DNA of 64,000 nucleotides, taken from positions 267 through 64,266 of the forward strand of contig JBHEMZ010000054.1 in assembly GCA_046262315.1 (NCBI GenBank), given 5' to 3'. The position numbers were made by a program, and so were the translations under genes. Below are positions 17,114 to 25,949 of this stretch, piece after piece. The first letter of the stretch is position 1, and the number at the start of each line of letters is the position of its first letter. The notes under the pieces were generated by a model that saw only the letters and a list, made by a program, of their open reading frames with translations, was not told where the DNA came from and ran no database searches. This DNA comes from Gaiellaceae bacterium. GTDB taxonomy: Bacteria > Actinomycetota > Thermoleophilia > Gaiellales > Gaiellaceae.

Positions 17114-18338
17114 CTGGGCCTCCGATGCGCTCATCGTCGACGCCGTCCGTTCGCCGATCGGCAGGAGGAACGGCTCGCTGGCCGGCATGCGCGGCGACGA
17201 GCTCGCCGGCCGGGTGCTGAACGCGCTGGTCGAGCGTGTGGGGGTGGAGGCAAGCGAGGTGGAGGACGTACAGATGGGCTGCGTCACCCAGATCGGCGAG
17301 CAGGGCTGGAACATCGCGCGGATGGTCCCGCTCGTGGCCGGCTGGCCCGAGACGGTGTGCGGCACCTCGGTCGACCGCCAGTGCGGCTCGTCGATGCAGG
17401 GCAACTTCAACGCGGCGGCGGCGGTGTGGTCGGGGCAGCTCGACGTGGTCGTCTCGGCGGGGGTCGAGATGATGTCGCGCGTCCCGATGGGATCGAACGG
17501 CGGCGAGCTGTCTCCGGCGCTGCTCGAGCGCTGGGAGATCGTCCCGCAGGGGATCTCCGCCGAGCTGCTCGCAGACGAGTGGGGGTTCTCGCGTGAGGAG
17601 CTCGACGCATACTCGCTCGAATCGCACCGGCGGGCGGTGGCTTCGACGGACGCCGGGAAGTTCGAGCGGGAGATCGTGCCGATCGAGCTGCCGGATACCG
17701 GCGTGGGTGCCAGCCCCGCCGCGCCGCAACCAAGTCCAAGTAACAGTGTGTTACAAGGCGGAGGGGGCGTGGCGATCGCTGCCCGCGTCCTCGCCGCCGA
17801 CGAGACGCCGCGCCGCGACACCTCCGCGGAGAAGCTCGCGGCGCTCGCGCCCGCCTTCCTGCCGGAGGGGCGGGTCACGGCGGGCAACTCGTCGCAGATC
17901 TGCGACGGGGCGGCCGCGGTGCTCGTCGCGAGCGAGGCGGCCACCGGAAGACTTGGCCTAGAGCCGCGCGGGCGCTTCATGTCGTTCGGGCTCGCGGGCG
18001 TCGATCCGCGTCGGATGCTGCACGGCAACCCAGAGGCGTGCGCGAAGGCGCTTGCCCGGGCCGGGCTCACCTGGGACGACATGGCGGTGATCGAGGTGAA
18101 CGAGGCTTTCGCGTGCGTGGTTCTCCAGTTCGCGCGCGACGCGGGCCTCGAGGACCGCTGGGACGACATCAACCCGAACGGCGGCGGCATCTCGCTCGGT
18201 CATCCGCTCGGCGCCACCGGCGCACGCGTCACTGCGACGCTCCTCAACGAGCTCGAGCGCCGCGGCGAGCGCTACGGCATCGCGTCTATGTGCGTGGGCT
18301 TCGGCATGGCGATCGCGGGCATCGTCGAGCGCCTTTGA
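17094..18338 (+). CDS. Acetyl-CoA C-acyltransferase (thiolase)
   Basis: VDAVRSPIGRR, the active-site segment VDRQCGSSMQ, GNSSQICDGAAAV, GGGISLGHPLGATG and MCVGFGMA. An alternative GTG start lies at 17106. Confidence 0.9.
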   Translation: MLFPVSSWASDALIVDAVRSPIGRRNGSLAGMRGDELAGRVLNALVERVGVEASEVEDVQMGCVTQIGEQGWNIARMVPLVAGWPETVCGTSVDRQCGSSMQGNFNAAAAVWSGQLDVVVSAGVEMMSRVPMGSNGGELSPALLERWEIVPQGISAELLADEWGFSREELDAYSLESHRRAVASTDAGKFEREIVPIELPDTGVGASPAAPQPSPSNSVLQGGGGVAIAARVLAADETPRRDTSAEKLAALAPAFLPEGRVTAGNSSQICDGAAAVLVASEAATGRLGLEPRGRFMSFGLAGVDPRRMLHGNPEACAKALARAGLTWDDMAVIEVNEAFACVVLQFARDAGLEDRWDDINPNGGGISLGHPLGATGARVTATLLNELERRGERYGIASMCVGFGMAIAGIVERL

Positions 18339-18429
18339 AGCGCGGCACGAAACGCCGGGGTCAGACCCCCTATATCAGCGAAGGTGTGACGGGTCTGTGC
18401 CGAATGTGTGACGAGGCGCGCACAGCTCG

Positions 18430-18819
18430 GTGAGCGGTCGCTGGTTGCTGGTGTGCGGCCGCGTCGACCGGCCGCTCGACGCACACGTGCTCACCGACGA
18501 CGAGATCCGTGCGCACTCCTCCTCGAAGCGGCCCAGTGTGCAGCCGGGCGACGGCGCGATCCTCTACGCCGCGGTCTGGCAGGTTGTGTTCGCGGTGGCC
18601 GAGGTGACCGGCGAGCCGGAGAACGATCGTTCGCTCACGCGCTGGGCGTGGCGCTTCCCGATCCACCCGGTAGCCGTCGTCGACGACCTTGAGCGCGCAC
18701 CGCCCGTCGAGGCGGCTGGGATTTTCCCGCATAGCGTGTGGCGCCACTCGCACATCCGGCTCGTGCCCGAGCAGTTCGACGCCGCTCGCGAACTGATCGT
18801 CGCCGCGGCGCGAGACTAG
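18430..18819 (+). CDS. Hypothetical protein, possibly with an EVE/PUA-like fold
   Basis: 129-aa ORF in the sense direction of an otherwise gene-free gap. GDGAILYAAVWQVVFAVAEV and RWAWRFPI loosely resemble EVE/ASCH-type domains. This is a weak call. Confidence 0.4.
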   Translation: MSGRWLLVCGRVDRPLDAHVLTDDEIRAHSSSKRPSVQPGDGAILYAAVWQVVFAVAEVTGEPENDRSLTRWAWRFPIHPVAVVDDLERAPPVEAAGIFPHSVWRHSHIRLVPEQFDAARELIVAAARD

Positions 18820-18825
18820 AGCCCC

Positions 18826-19455
18826 GTGGACGACCCGAAAAAGATCGTGGAGCGCGGCTGGGACGAAATCGCCGATCGCTTTGCCGAGTGGCAGCGCGGC
18901 GTCGAGGGCTCGCAGCGGCTCGAGCGACTCAACGACCTGCTCCGCCGCCTGCCGCTCCAGCCCGACGTGCTCGAGCTCGGCTCGGGCGCCGGCGTTCGCT
19001 CGACCCAGCTCCTCGCCGAGCGCGGCCGCCTGACCGGGGTGGACATTTCCGCCGAGCAGGTACGTCGCGCGCGCGAGCGCGTGGGGGAGGCGCGCTTCGT
19101 CCACGCCGATGTCATGGAGGTCGAGTTCGCGGCGGGGACCTTCGACGCGGCCGTCTCGTTCTATGTGCTGAACAACCTGCCGCGCGAGGAGCTCGGGCCT
19201 CTGTTCGAGCGCATCCGCCGCTGGCTGCGCCCCGGCGGTTGGCTGCTCGCCTCCCTTCCCACCACGGACAATCCGGGCTGGCGCGGCGACTGGCTCGGCG
19301 CGGAGATGTTCTTCAGCGGCTGGGACATTCCCGAGACGGTCCGGCTCGCGCGCGACGCGGGCCTCGAAATCGTCGAGGAGGAGGTCGAGACGATGATCGA
19401 GCCGGATCATGGCGAGGCGTGCTGGCTCTGGCTGCTGGCGCGGCGTCCGGTCTAG
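18826..19455 (+). CDS. Class I SAM-dependent methyltransferase
   Basis: Motif I VLELGSGAGV, then GVDISAEQV, FDAAVSFYVLNNL and LRPGGWLL. Confidence 0.8.
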   Translation: MDDPKKIVERGWDEIADRFAEWQRGVEGSQRLERLNDLLRRLPLQPDVLELGSGAGVRSTQLLAERGRLTGVDISAEQVRRARERVGEARFVHADVMEVEFAAGTFDAAVSFYVLNNLPREELGPLFERIRRWLRPGGWLLASLPTTDNPGWRGDWLGAEMFFSGWDIPETVRLARDAGLEIVEEEVETMIEPDHGEACWLWLLARRPV

Positions 19456-19464
19456 GATCGAGGG

Positions 19465-20316
19465 GTGGAGATTCGCTCGGTCGGCGTCGTCGGTTTGGGC
19501 ACCATGGGCGCCGGCATCGCCCAAGTCTGCGTCGAAGCCGGTTTCGACACGGTCGGCCGCGAGATCACGGCCGAACTGGGTCAGCGCGCTGAGGACCGCA
19601 TCGAGCACTTCCTCACGCGCAAGGTCGAGAAGGGGCGCATGGACGAACCCGCGCGCGACGCCGCCGTGGCGCGTCTGACCACGACCACCGATCTCGCCGA
19701 CCTGGCCGGCTGCGACCTCGTCATCGAGGCGGCCCTCGAGGAGCTCGAGGTCAAGCGGGAGGTCTTCTCGGAGCTCGACCGGGTGCTCGCGCCCGAGGCG
19801 ATTGTGGCGACGAACACCTCCGCGCTCTCGGTCACGGAGATCGCTGTCGCCAGCGGCCGGCCGGCGCGCGTCGTTGGCATGCACTTCTTCAACCCGGCTC
19901 CGCTCATGGCGCTCGTCGAGGTCGTGCGTACCGAGATCGCCGACGACGACGCGTATGAGACCGCCTACGCCTTCGCAGGGCGGCTCGGGAAGACGGCGGT
20001 CCGCTGTCATGACACACCCGGCTTCGTCGTCAACCGGGTGCTGATCCCGCTGCTGAACGACTGTGTGCGCGTGCTCGACGAGGCGCGGGTGACGCCCGAA
20101 GACCTCGACGCGGCGATGAAGCACGGCGCCGGCTGGCCGATGGGACCGTGCGCGCTGATCGACCTGGTCGGCATCGACATCCACGTCCATGCATCCGAGG
20201 CGCTCTACGACGCCGTGCGGGAGCCGCGCATGGCGGCGCCACCTCGCCTCGTGCGCATGGCCCAGGCCGGGCTGCTAGGCCGCAAGTCGGGCCGCGGATT
20301 CTTCGCCTACGGGTAG
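19465..20316 (+). CDS. hbd: 3-hydroxybutyryl-CoA / 3-hydroxyacyl-CoA dehydrogenase
   Basis: VGVVGLGTMGAGIAQV, ATNTSALSV, GMHFFNPAP and PGFVVNRVL. Confidence 0.9.
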   Translation: MEIRSVGVVGLGTMGAGIAQVCVEAGFDTVGREITAELGQRAEDRIEHFLTRKVEKGRMDEPARDAAVARLTTTTDLADLAGCDLVIEAALEELEVKREVFSELDRVLAPEAIVATNTSALSVTEIAVASGRPARVVGMHFFNPAPLMALVEVVRTEIADDDAYETAYAFAGRLGKTAVRCHDTPGFVVNRVLIPLLNDCVRVLDEARVTPEDLDAAMKHGAGWPMGPCALIDLVGIDIHVHASEALYDAVREPRMAAPPRLVRMAQAGLLGRKSGRGFFAYG

Positions 20317-20321
20317 GAGGG

Positions 20322-21542
20322 CTAGTAGTCGCTCTCGGGCGCCTCGGCGTCGCGCATCGGCACGCCCAGGCGGCGCGCGGCGAGCGAGATGGTCGACCCC
20401 TGCACGATCACCGACAGGGCGACGACCACGAACACGATGTCGTAGATCCGCTCCGCCTCGTCGACCGCGGCGAGCAGCGCGAAGGCGGCGAGCAGAATCG
20501 GGACGGCGCCCTTCAGGCCACCCCAGGCAACAAACGCGCGCTCGCCCCACGTCAGGCGCGCGGGGAGCAGGAGCAACGCCACGACGACCGGCCGCGCGAC
20601 GAGCGCGAGGATGCCCGCGAGCAGCAGACCTTCGACCGCGACGGTGTCGGAGAGTACCTCCGTGAGGTCGAGCGTCAGCCCGAGCGCGGCGAACACGGCG
20701 ATCTCCGCGAGGCTCGCGAGGGACGTGTGGAAGCGCTCGATCTCGTCCTTGAGCGGCGCCGGCGCGTTGCCCACGAGCAGGCCCGCCACGAAGACGGCGA
20801 GGAAGCCCGACCCGTGCGCGACTGAGGCGACCCCGTAGATCACGCCTGCGGCGGCGAGCGTCCGCAGAGGGTACAGGCCCGCTGAGGGCAGCGAGACGCG
20901 GCGCATCAGCGGCAGCAGCAGGGCGGTGCCCCCGAGGCCCACGCCCAGCCCGACCCCCATCTCGAGCGAGAACTCGCCCACGATCGTCCAGACTGTGCCG
21001 TCGTCCGCGGTGGCGAACTCGAGCATGCCGATCATCAGCGCGATTCCGACCGGGTCGTTCGCCCCCGACTCGCCCTCGAGGATCGTGCCGGTGCGCCCCG
21101 CCACCTCGCGGTTGCCGAGCACCGAGAACATGACCGCCGGATCGGTGGGGGCGAGGGCGGCGCCGAGGATCCACGCGGCCGTCCAGTCGAGCCCGAGTAG
21201 CACATGCGCTGCCACGGCCAGGATTCCGGCGGTTGCGAACGTGCCGAGCACGCCGAGCGACGCGATCGGGAGTGCCGCGGCGCGGAAGCGCGTCCAGCCG
21301 ACGTGCATGCCCCCGTCAAAGAGGATGAGGATCAGCGCGACGACACCGATGCGCTCGACGTCGCGGATCGAGAGGGCGTCCTCCAGCGAGGAGAAAACGT
21401 CCGAGGCCACCGCGGCCGCTACTAGGAAGAGCACGGGCGCGGGCAACGGGAAGTAGTCCGTGACCTTGTTGGCCAGGATCGCCACCGAGAACCCGCCCGC
21501 AACGACGAGGACGACGGTGCCGAACGCGCTCAGCTCGTCCAC
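20322..21542 (-). CDS. Cation:proton antiporter (CPA1 / NhaP-type Na+/H+ exchanger)
   Basis: 406 aa and polytopic. GAALAPTDPAV and LEGESGANDPVGIAL are typical of Na+/H+ exchanger family proteins. Confidence 0.85.
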   Translation of the reverse strand: MDELSAFGTVVLVVAGGFSVAILANKVTDYFPLPAPVLFLVAAAVASDVFSSLEDALSIRDVERIGVVALILILFDGGMHVGWTRFRAAALPIASLGVLGTFATAGILAVAAHVLLGLDWTAAWILGAALAPTDPAVMFSVLGNREVAGRTGTILEGESGANDPVGIALMIGMLEFATADDGTVWTIVGEFSLEMGVGLGVGLGGTALLLPLMRRVSLPSAGLYPLRTLAAAGVIYGVASVAHGSGFLAVFVAGLLVGNAPAPLKDEIERFHTSLASLAEIAVFAALGLTLDLTEVLSDTVAVEGLLLAGILALVARPVVVALLLLPARLTWGERAFVAWGGLKGAVPILLAAFALLAAVDEAERIYDIVFVVVALSVIVQGSTISLAARRLGVPMRDAEAPESDY

Positions 21543-21638
21543 GCTTCGACTCTACGAGCACGGGCCGACGCAGGGCTCTTTACACCTTCTTTACGTGTCA
21601 CACATTCGAGGCACACCGCCGCGGGTGATACTTGACTT

Positions 21639-22148
21639 GTGCACGTGCGCGGGCTCCTTGCTGCTTCGGTCGCCGTCCTGGCCGTGCTCGCCGCGGCGAC
21701 CGCCTCGAGCGGGTCGCCGGGGGTGGGCCCCGGGGCCGGCACGCTGACGCTGCGCGACGGGCGCGGAAACTTCGTGCTGCAGATGAAGGGCGCCGTGATC
21801 GGCCGTGTCGACCGCGGCCGGATCACGATCGAGGACCCCGACGCCACGGACGGTGCGGCGCCGATCGTCAAGGGGGCCGAGTTGCGCAAGCCGGTTTCGG
21901 AGGGCGTCACCACCTACGGCGGCAAGGGCATCCGCTTCCGCCTCTTCGGCGGGCGCTTCACGGTACGGATCACGAACGGGACGGGCGTGCAGCTGAGCGT
22001 GGTCGGGCGCGGCAAGGCCATGCTCGAGGGGGCGGGATTCCAGGAGTTCGGCCTCCGCAACGGCAGCTACGCGGTCAACAGCGACCAGTTCCTGCCAGTG
22101 CCCGACGAGCGCGTCTGGGTGCAGCTCAGGGCGCCGAGCCGGTTCTGA
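21639..22148 (+). CDS. Secreted hypothetical protein
   Basis: The N-terminal signal-peptide-like segment is LLAASVAVLAVLAAATASS. No family was recognised. Confidence 0.55.
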   Translation: MHVRGLLAASVAVLAVLAAATASSGSPGVGPGAGTLTLRDGRGNFVLQMKGAVIGRVDRGRITIEDPDATDGAAPIVKGAELRKPVSEGVTTYGGKGIRFRLFGGRFTVRITNGTGVQLSVVGRGKAMLEGAGFQEFGLRNGSYAVNSDQFLPVPDERVWVQLRAPSRF

Positions 22149-22173
22149 CTGGTCGCTCTGGCATCCTGAGACC

Positions 22174-22896
22174 ATGGGCAAGGCGCACACGGTGCTCGTC
22201 GTCGAGGACGAGGAATCGATTGCCTCGTTCGTCGCGCTCTATCTGAAGAACGCCGGCTACGACGTCCACACGGCCGCGACCGGTGCAGAGGCGCTCTCCA
22301 AGGCGGAGGCGACGAAGCCCTCGATCGTCGTGCTCGACCTGATGCTCCCGGACGCCGACGGGATCGAGGTCTGCCGCCGCCTCCGGCGCACCTCCGACGT
22401 GCCCATTCTGATGCTGACGGCCCGCGACGAGGACGTGGACAAGATCATCGGGCTCGAGGTTGGGGCGGACGACTATATGACGAAGCCGTTCAACCCGCGC
22501 GAGCTCGTCGCGCGCGTGAAGTCGATCCTGCGCCGGGCGAACGTCGACCGGCGCCCGCCTGAGAGCCGCCAGATCCGCCATGGCGATCTCTTCGTCGACG
22601 CGGGGCGGCGCGAGGCGCGTGTCGGCGAGGACGAGATCCAGCTCGCGCCGAAGGAGTTCGACCTGCTCTGGGAGCTGCTCGATCACCGCGGTATCGTGCT
22701 CACGCGGGACCAGCTCCTCGAGCGCGTCTGGGGCTACACCTTCGCGGGCGATACGCGCACCGTCGACGTGCACGTCCGGCAGCTCCGCCGCAAGCTCGGG
22801 GAGGCGTCGCCGATCGTGACCGTCTGGGGCGTTGGTTACAAAGTCGGGCCGGCCAGGGGACAAGAGGCCGGCGTCGCCGACCTCTCGTCGAGCTAG
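22174..22896 (+). CDS. OmpR-family response regulator (canonical receiver)
   Basis: VLVVEDEE, IVVLDLMLPDADG, LMLTARD and MTKPF, with a winged-helix C-terminus ending VWGVGYK. Confidence 0.9.
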   Translation: MGKAHTVLVVEDEESIASFVALYLKNAGYDVHTAATGAEALSKAEATKPSIVVLDLMLPDADGIEVCRRLRRTSDVPILMLTARDEDVDKIIGLEVGADDYMTKPFNPRELVARVKSILRRANVDRRPPESRQIRHGDLFVDAGRREARVGEDEIQLAPKEFDLLWELLDHRGIVLTRDQLLERVWGYTFAGDTRTVDVHVRQLRRKLGEASPIVTVWGVGYKVGPARGQEAGVADLSSS

Positions 22897-23026
22897 AGGG
22901 CCGGTTGCGGTGTGCGTGATCCACTCGGAGGTTCGGGCTGAACGACCGCTGACGCGCGCCAGCGTCCGCGGGTTGGCCTCTCGCGAAACGCCGTCCACGT
23001 ATCGCGCGGCCCGAAGGGGCGCGTGA

Positions 23027-24415
23027 ATGCGCTCACTTCGCTTCCGCCTGCCGGCGCTCTTCCTGATCGGGATCGTGCTGTCAGGCCTGGTAGCGGCCGC
23101 GACGGCGGTCGGGCTGTTCCAGAACTACGTCGAGACCCGCACGCGCAACGAGCTCCGTCGCGAGGCGAGCGGGCTGGCCAGCCTCTACGGTCAGCAGGCG
23201 ATCCGCGCGCAAGACGAGGACCGCCCGCCGGCCGAGTTCGCCGTCAGGGAGCTCGAGCGCGCGAGTGGGAACCGCCTCTTCTACGTGGGCGCGTCCATCG
23301 ACACGAGCAGCAAGTCGGGGACGCTGGGCCTGCCCCGGCTGTCCGAGGAGTTCGTCCCGGACTGGCGTCTCGGCCGCATCCGCACGTTCGACTTCGTCCC
23401 GCCGGGAGCCGATGAGACGTACTTCGCCGTCTCGCACCCGGTCAAGCTCGCGGGCAGGCTGTTCGGGGCGCTGGTCGTCGCTACGCCGAAGGACGAGCTG
23501 CGGGACCGCTGGATGACGCTGATGGAGCGCCTGGCGCTGGCGTTCATCGTGGGCATCCTCGTCGCGGGAGCGCTTGCGTGGTACCTGTCGCGGCGCATCA
23601 CGAAGCCCGTGCTTGCGCTCACGAAGGCAGCGGACGAGATCGCCGCGCGCAACTACGGCGTGGAGGTGCCGCACGTGCCGGGAGGCGGCGAGATCGGCGA
23701 CCTGGCCGAGCGCTTCGGCGAGATGGCCACCCGACTGGCCGAGGCGGAGGCGCTCGAGCGCAATTTCCTCATGACGGTCTCGCACGAGCTGCGCACGCCG
23801 CTGACCGCGATCCGCGGGCACGTGGAGGCGCTCCGCGAGGGGCTCGTGGACGATCCCGAGCTGCGCGCGCGCTCGCTCGACGTCGTCGCCGCCGAGACGG
23901 GACGGCTCGAGCGGCTCGTCGGCGACGTGCTCGACCTGGCAAAGCTCGACACGCGGCGCTTCACGGTGCTGCACGAGGAGGTCGACATGGGCCGGCTGCT
24001 GGAGCGTGCGTACGAGGCATTCGGCGAGGAGGCGCGGCGGCGCGAGATCGACTATCGCGCCGATGTGGCCGCGCGGCCGGTGATCGTGTCGGACGGCGAC
24101 CGTGTGCTCCAGATCATCTCCAACCTGCTCACGAATGCGTTCCGCTGGACGCCCGACGGCGGCACGGTCGAGCTGGCACTCTCGCAGTCGAATGGCGCGG
24201 TCTCGGTCGCGGTGGCGGACTCAGGGCCGGGCATCCCGTCGGAGGAGCGCGAGCGCATCTTCCGTCCGTTCTTCACGCGCGACGGCGGCGGGACGGGGCT
24301 CGGTCTCGCGATCGCGCGCGAGCTGGCGGCCGCGCTCGGCGGGCGCATCGAGCTGGACAGCGAGCCCGGACGCGGAAGCCGCTTCGAGCTCGTGCTGCCG
24401 GCGCCGCGGGTCTAG
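23027..24415 (+). CDS. Sensor histidine kinase (2 TM helices, HAMP, HisKA, HATPase)
   Basis: The H-box is VSHELRTPLTAIRGH, the N-box NLLTNAFRW, and the G-boxes DSGPGIP and GTGLGLAIAREL. Confidence 0.9.
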   Translation: MRSLRFRLPALFLIGIVLSGLVAAATAVGLFQNYVETRTRNELRREASGLASLYGQQAIRAQDEDRPPAEFAVRELERASGNRLFYVGASIDTSSKSGTLGLPRLSEEFVPDWRLGRIRTFDFVPPGADETYFAVSHPVKLAGRLFGALVVATPKDELRDRWMTLMERLALAFIVGILVAGALAWYLSRRITKPVLALTKAADEIAARNYGVEVPHVPGGGEIGDLAERFGEMATRLAEAEALERNFLMTVSHELRTPLTAIRGHVEALREGLVDDPELRARSLDVVAAETGRLERLVGDVLDLAKLDTRRFTVLHEEVDMGRLLERAYEAFGEEARRREIDYRADVAARPVIVSDGDRVLQIISNLLTNAFRWTPDGGTVELALSQSNGAVSVAVADSGPGIPSEERERIFRPFFTRDGGGTGLGLAIARELAAALGGRIELDSEPGRGSRFELVLPAPRV

Positions 24416-24855
24416 GTGGCCCGGCGCTCTTCAATGCGGTAGACGATCGCCCCGCTCGACGATTCGAGGCCGCGCTCGATGCGGGCGAGGCGGCGGTCCG
24501 CGCCCTCCCAGCTCGACGAGATGAGGTCGACGAGCAGCGCGAGGTCGTCGAGACGGGCGCGCCGCTCGGCGCCGATCTGGCCTTCGAGCCGCTCGAGGCG
24601 GCGAATGGAATGGCCGGCGAGTCCGCGCACCTCGGCCATCTGGCGCGCCACCGGCAGCGCCTCGGCTCGCATGCCGTCGCGGACGGCGTTTCCGACACGA
24701 TCGGGCAGGGATGCCTCGAGGTTGGCCGCGAGCTCCGCGAGCGACTCAACCTGCGCCCGCGTGCGCTCGAGGGCTGTGTCCACGTCGGCTGTGTTGGTGC
24801 GCTCGCGGGCCACTTCGGCGAGCCGCTGGTTGGCTCTCTCGAGGGCGTCGTCCAT
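24412..24855 (-). CDS. Hypothetical coiled-coil protein
   Basis: 147 aa from MDDALERANQ to the stop. Only this part of the 478-aa ORF in the track lies outside queA. The sequence is helical and heptad-like. No family was recognised. Confidence 0.4.
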   Translation of the reverse strand: MDDALERANQRLAEVARERTNTADVDTALERTRAQVESLAELAANLEASLPDRVGNAVRDGMRAEALPVARQMAEVRGLAGHSIRRLERLEGQIGAERRARLDDLALLVDLISSSWEGADRRLARIERGLESSSGAIVYRIEERRAT

Positions 24856-24882
24856 GCGTGAGCACGCTAGCGTTCGTGTCGG

Positions 24883-25821
24883 ATGAGGTCCGACGAGCTT
24901 GACTACGAGCTTCCGCCGGAGCTGATCGCCCAGCGTCCCGTCGAGCGGCGTGACCAGTCGCGGCTGCTCGTCTACGACCGTGCCACGCGGGAGGTGCGCC
25001 ACCGGCGCTTCGCGGAGCTGCCGGAGGAGCTCACCGACGAGCTCGTCGTCGTGAACGACACGCGCGTAATCCCGGCGCGCATCCGCGCGCGGCGGGCGAG
25101 CGGGGGAGAGGCCGAGGTGCTGCTGCTCGAGCCGCTCGGCGGCGGCGAGTGGGAGGCGCTCGCGCGGCCGTCGAAGCGCCTGCGCCCCGGTCACCGCGTC
25201 GGCCCCGCGGAGCTCATCGAGTTGCTCGCCGAGGGGCGCTGGCGCGTCCGTCTCGAGGGAGAGCCGGCGGGCGAGACCCCGCTGCCGCCGTACATCGACG
25301 AGCCGCTCGCCGACCCGGAGCGCTACCAGACGGTCTACGCCGACGCGGCGGGGTCGGCGGCGGCGCCGACGGCGGGGCTGCACTTCACCGAGGAATTGCT
25401 CGCACGGCTCGACGTCGAACGCGTCACCCTCCACGTCGGCCTCGACACGTTTCGGCCGATCGCGGCCGACCGCGTCGATGAGCATCGCCTCCACAGCGAG
25501 CGCTATCAGGTCGCCGCCTCTGCGTGGGAGCGGATCCGTGCGGCGCGACGCGTGCTCGCGGTGGGCACGACGACGGTGCGTGTGCTCGAGTCGCTCGCGC
25601 GGAGCGCGCCGCTCGCCGGCCGCACTGACCTGTTCGTGCAGCCCGGGTTCGCGTTCGCGCGTGTGGACGCGCTGTTGACGAATTTTCACCTGCCGCGCTC
25701 GACGCTGCTCGCGCTCGTGATGGCGTTCGCCGGCGTCGAGGAGACGCGCGAGCTCTACCGCCTGGCAATCGCCGATCGGTACCGCTTCTATTCGTTCGGC
25801 GACGCAATGTTGATCCGCTGA
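24883..25821 (+). CDS. queA: S-adenosylmethionine:tRNA ribosyltransferase-isomerase
   Basis: DYELPPELIAQRP, SRLLV, LPPYI, AAPTAGLHFT, AVGTTTVRVLES, TNFHLPRSTLL and YRFYSFGDAMLI. Confidence 0.92.
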   Translation: MRSDELDYELPPELIAQRPVERRDQSRLLVYDRATREVRHRRFAELPEELTDELVVVNDTRVIPARIRARRASGGEAEVLLLEPLGGGEWEALARPSKRLRPGHRVGPAELIELLAEGRWRVRLEGEPAGETPLPPYIDEPLADPERYQTVYADAAGSAAAPTAGLHFTEELLARLDVERVTLHVGLDTFRPIAADRVDEHRLHSERYQVAASAWERIRAARRVLAVGTTTVRVLESLARSAPLAGRTDLFVQPGFAFARVDALLTNFHLPRSTLLALVMAFAGVEETRELYRLAIADRYRFYSFGDAMLIR

Positions 25822-25919
25822 AAGTCCGCCGCCGCTCCGCGGCGGCATGACGACTTTCAGCGGATTCGAAGATCACGACGCGTCTACGCGCGTCGTGACT
25901 GCGGCGGGGGAACCCCGCC
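25815..25919 (+). terminator. Cluster of three strong GC-rich stem-loops downstream of queA
   Basis: Hairpin 1 (25815-25863) has a 12-bp outer stem (CCGCTGAAAGTC/GACTTTCAGCGG) and an 8-bp inner stem. Hairpin 2 (25873-25898) has a 10-bp stem (TCACGACGCG/CGCGTCGTGA). Hairpin 3 (25903-25919) has a 7-bp stem (GGCGGGG/CCCCGCC). Confidence 0.5.
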
Positions 25920-25949
25920 TCCGTCGGTGGGGGAGGCTGAGCCGGCAGC

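Noticed and set aside
18370-20190. A 606-aa ORF on the minus strand
   Set aside because: It is antisense to three well-supported plus-strand genes (EVE-like, methyltransferase, hbd). Its Arg/Asp/Gly-rich, motif-free composition is typical of open antisense frames in 70% GC DNA.
24856-25848. The upstream part of the 478-aa minus-strand ORF
   Set aside because: It is antisense to queA. Only the last 147 codons (24412-24855) lie outside queA and look like a plausible, though uncharacterised, protein.
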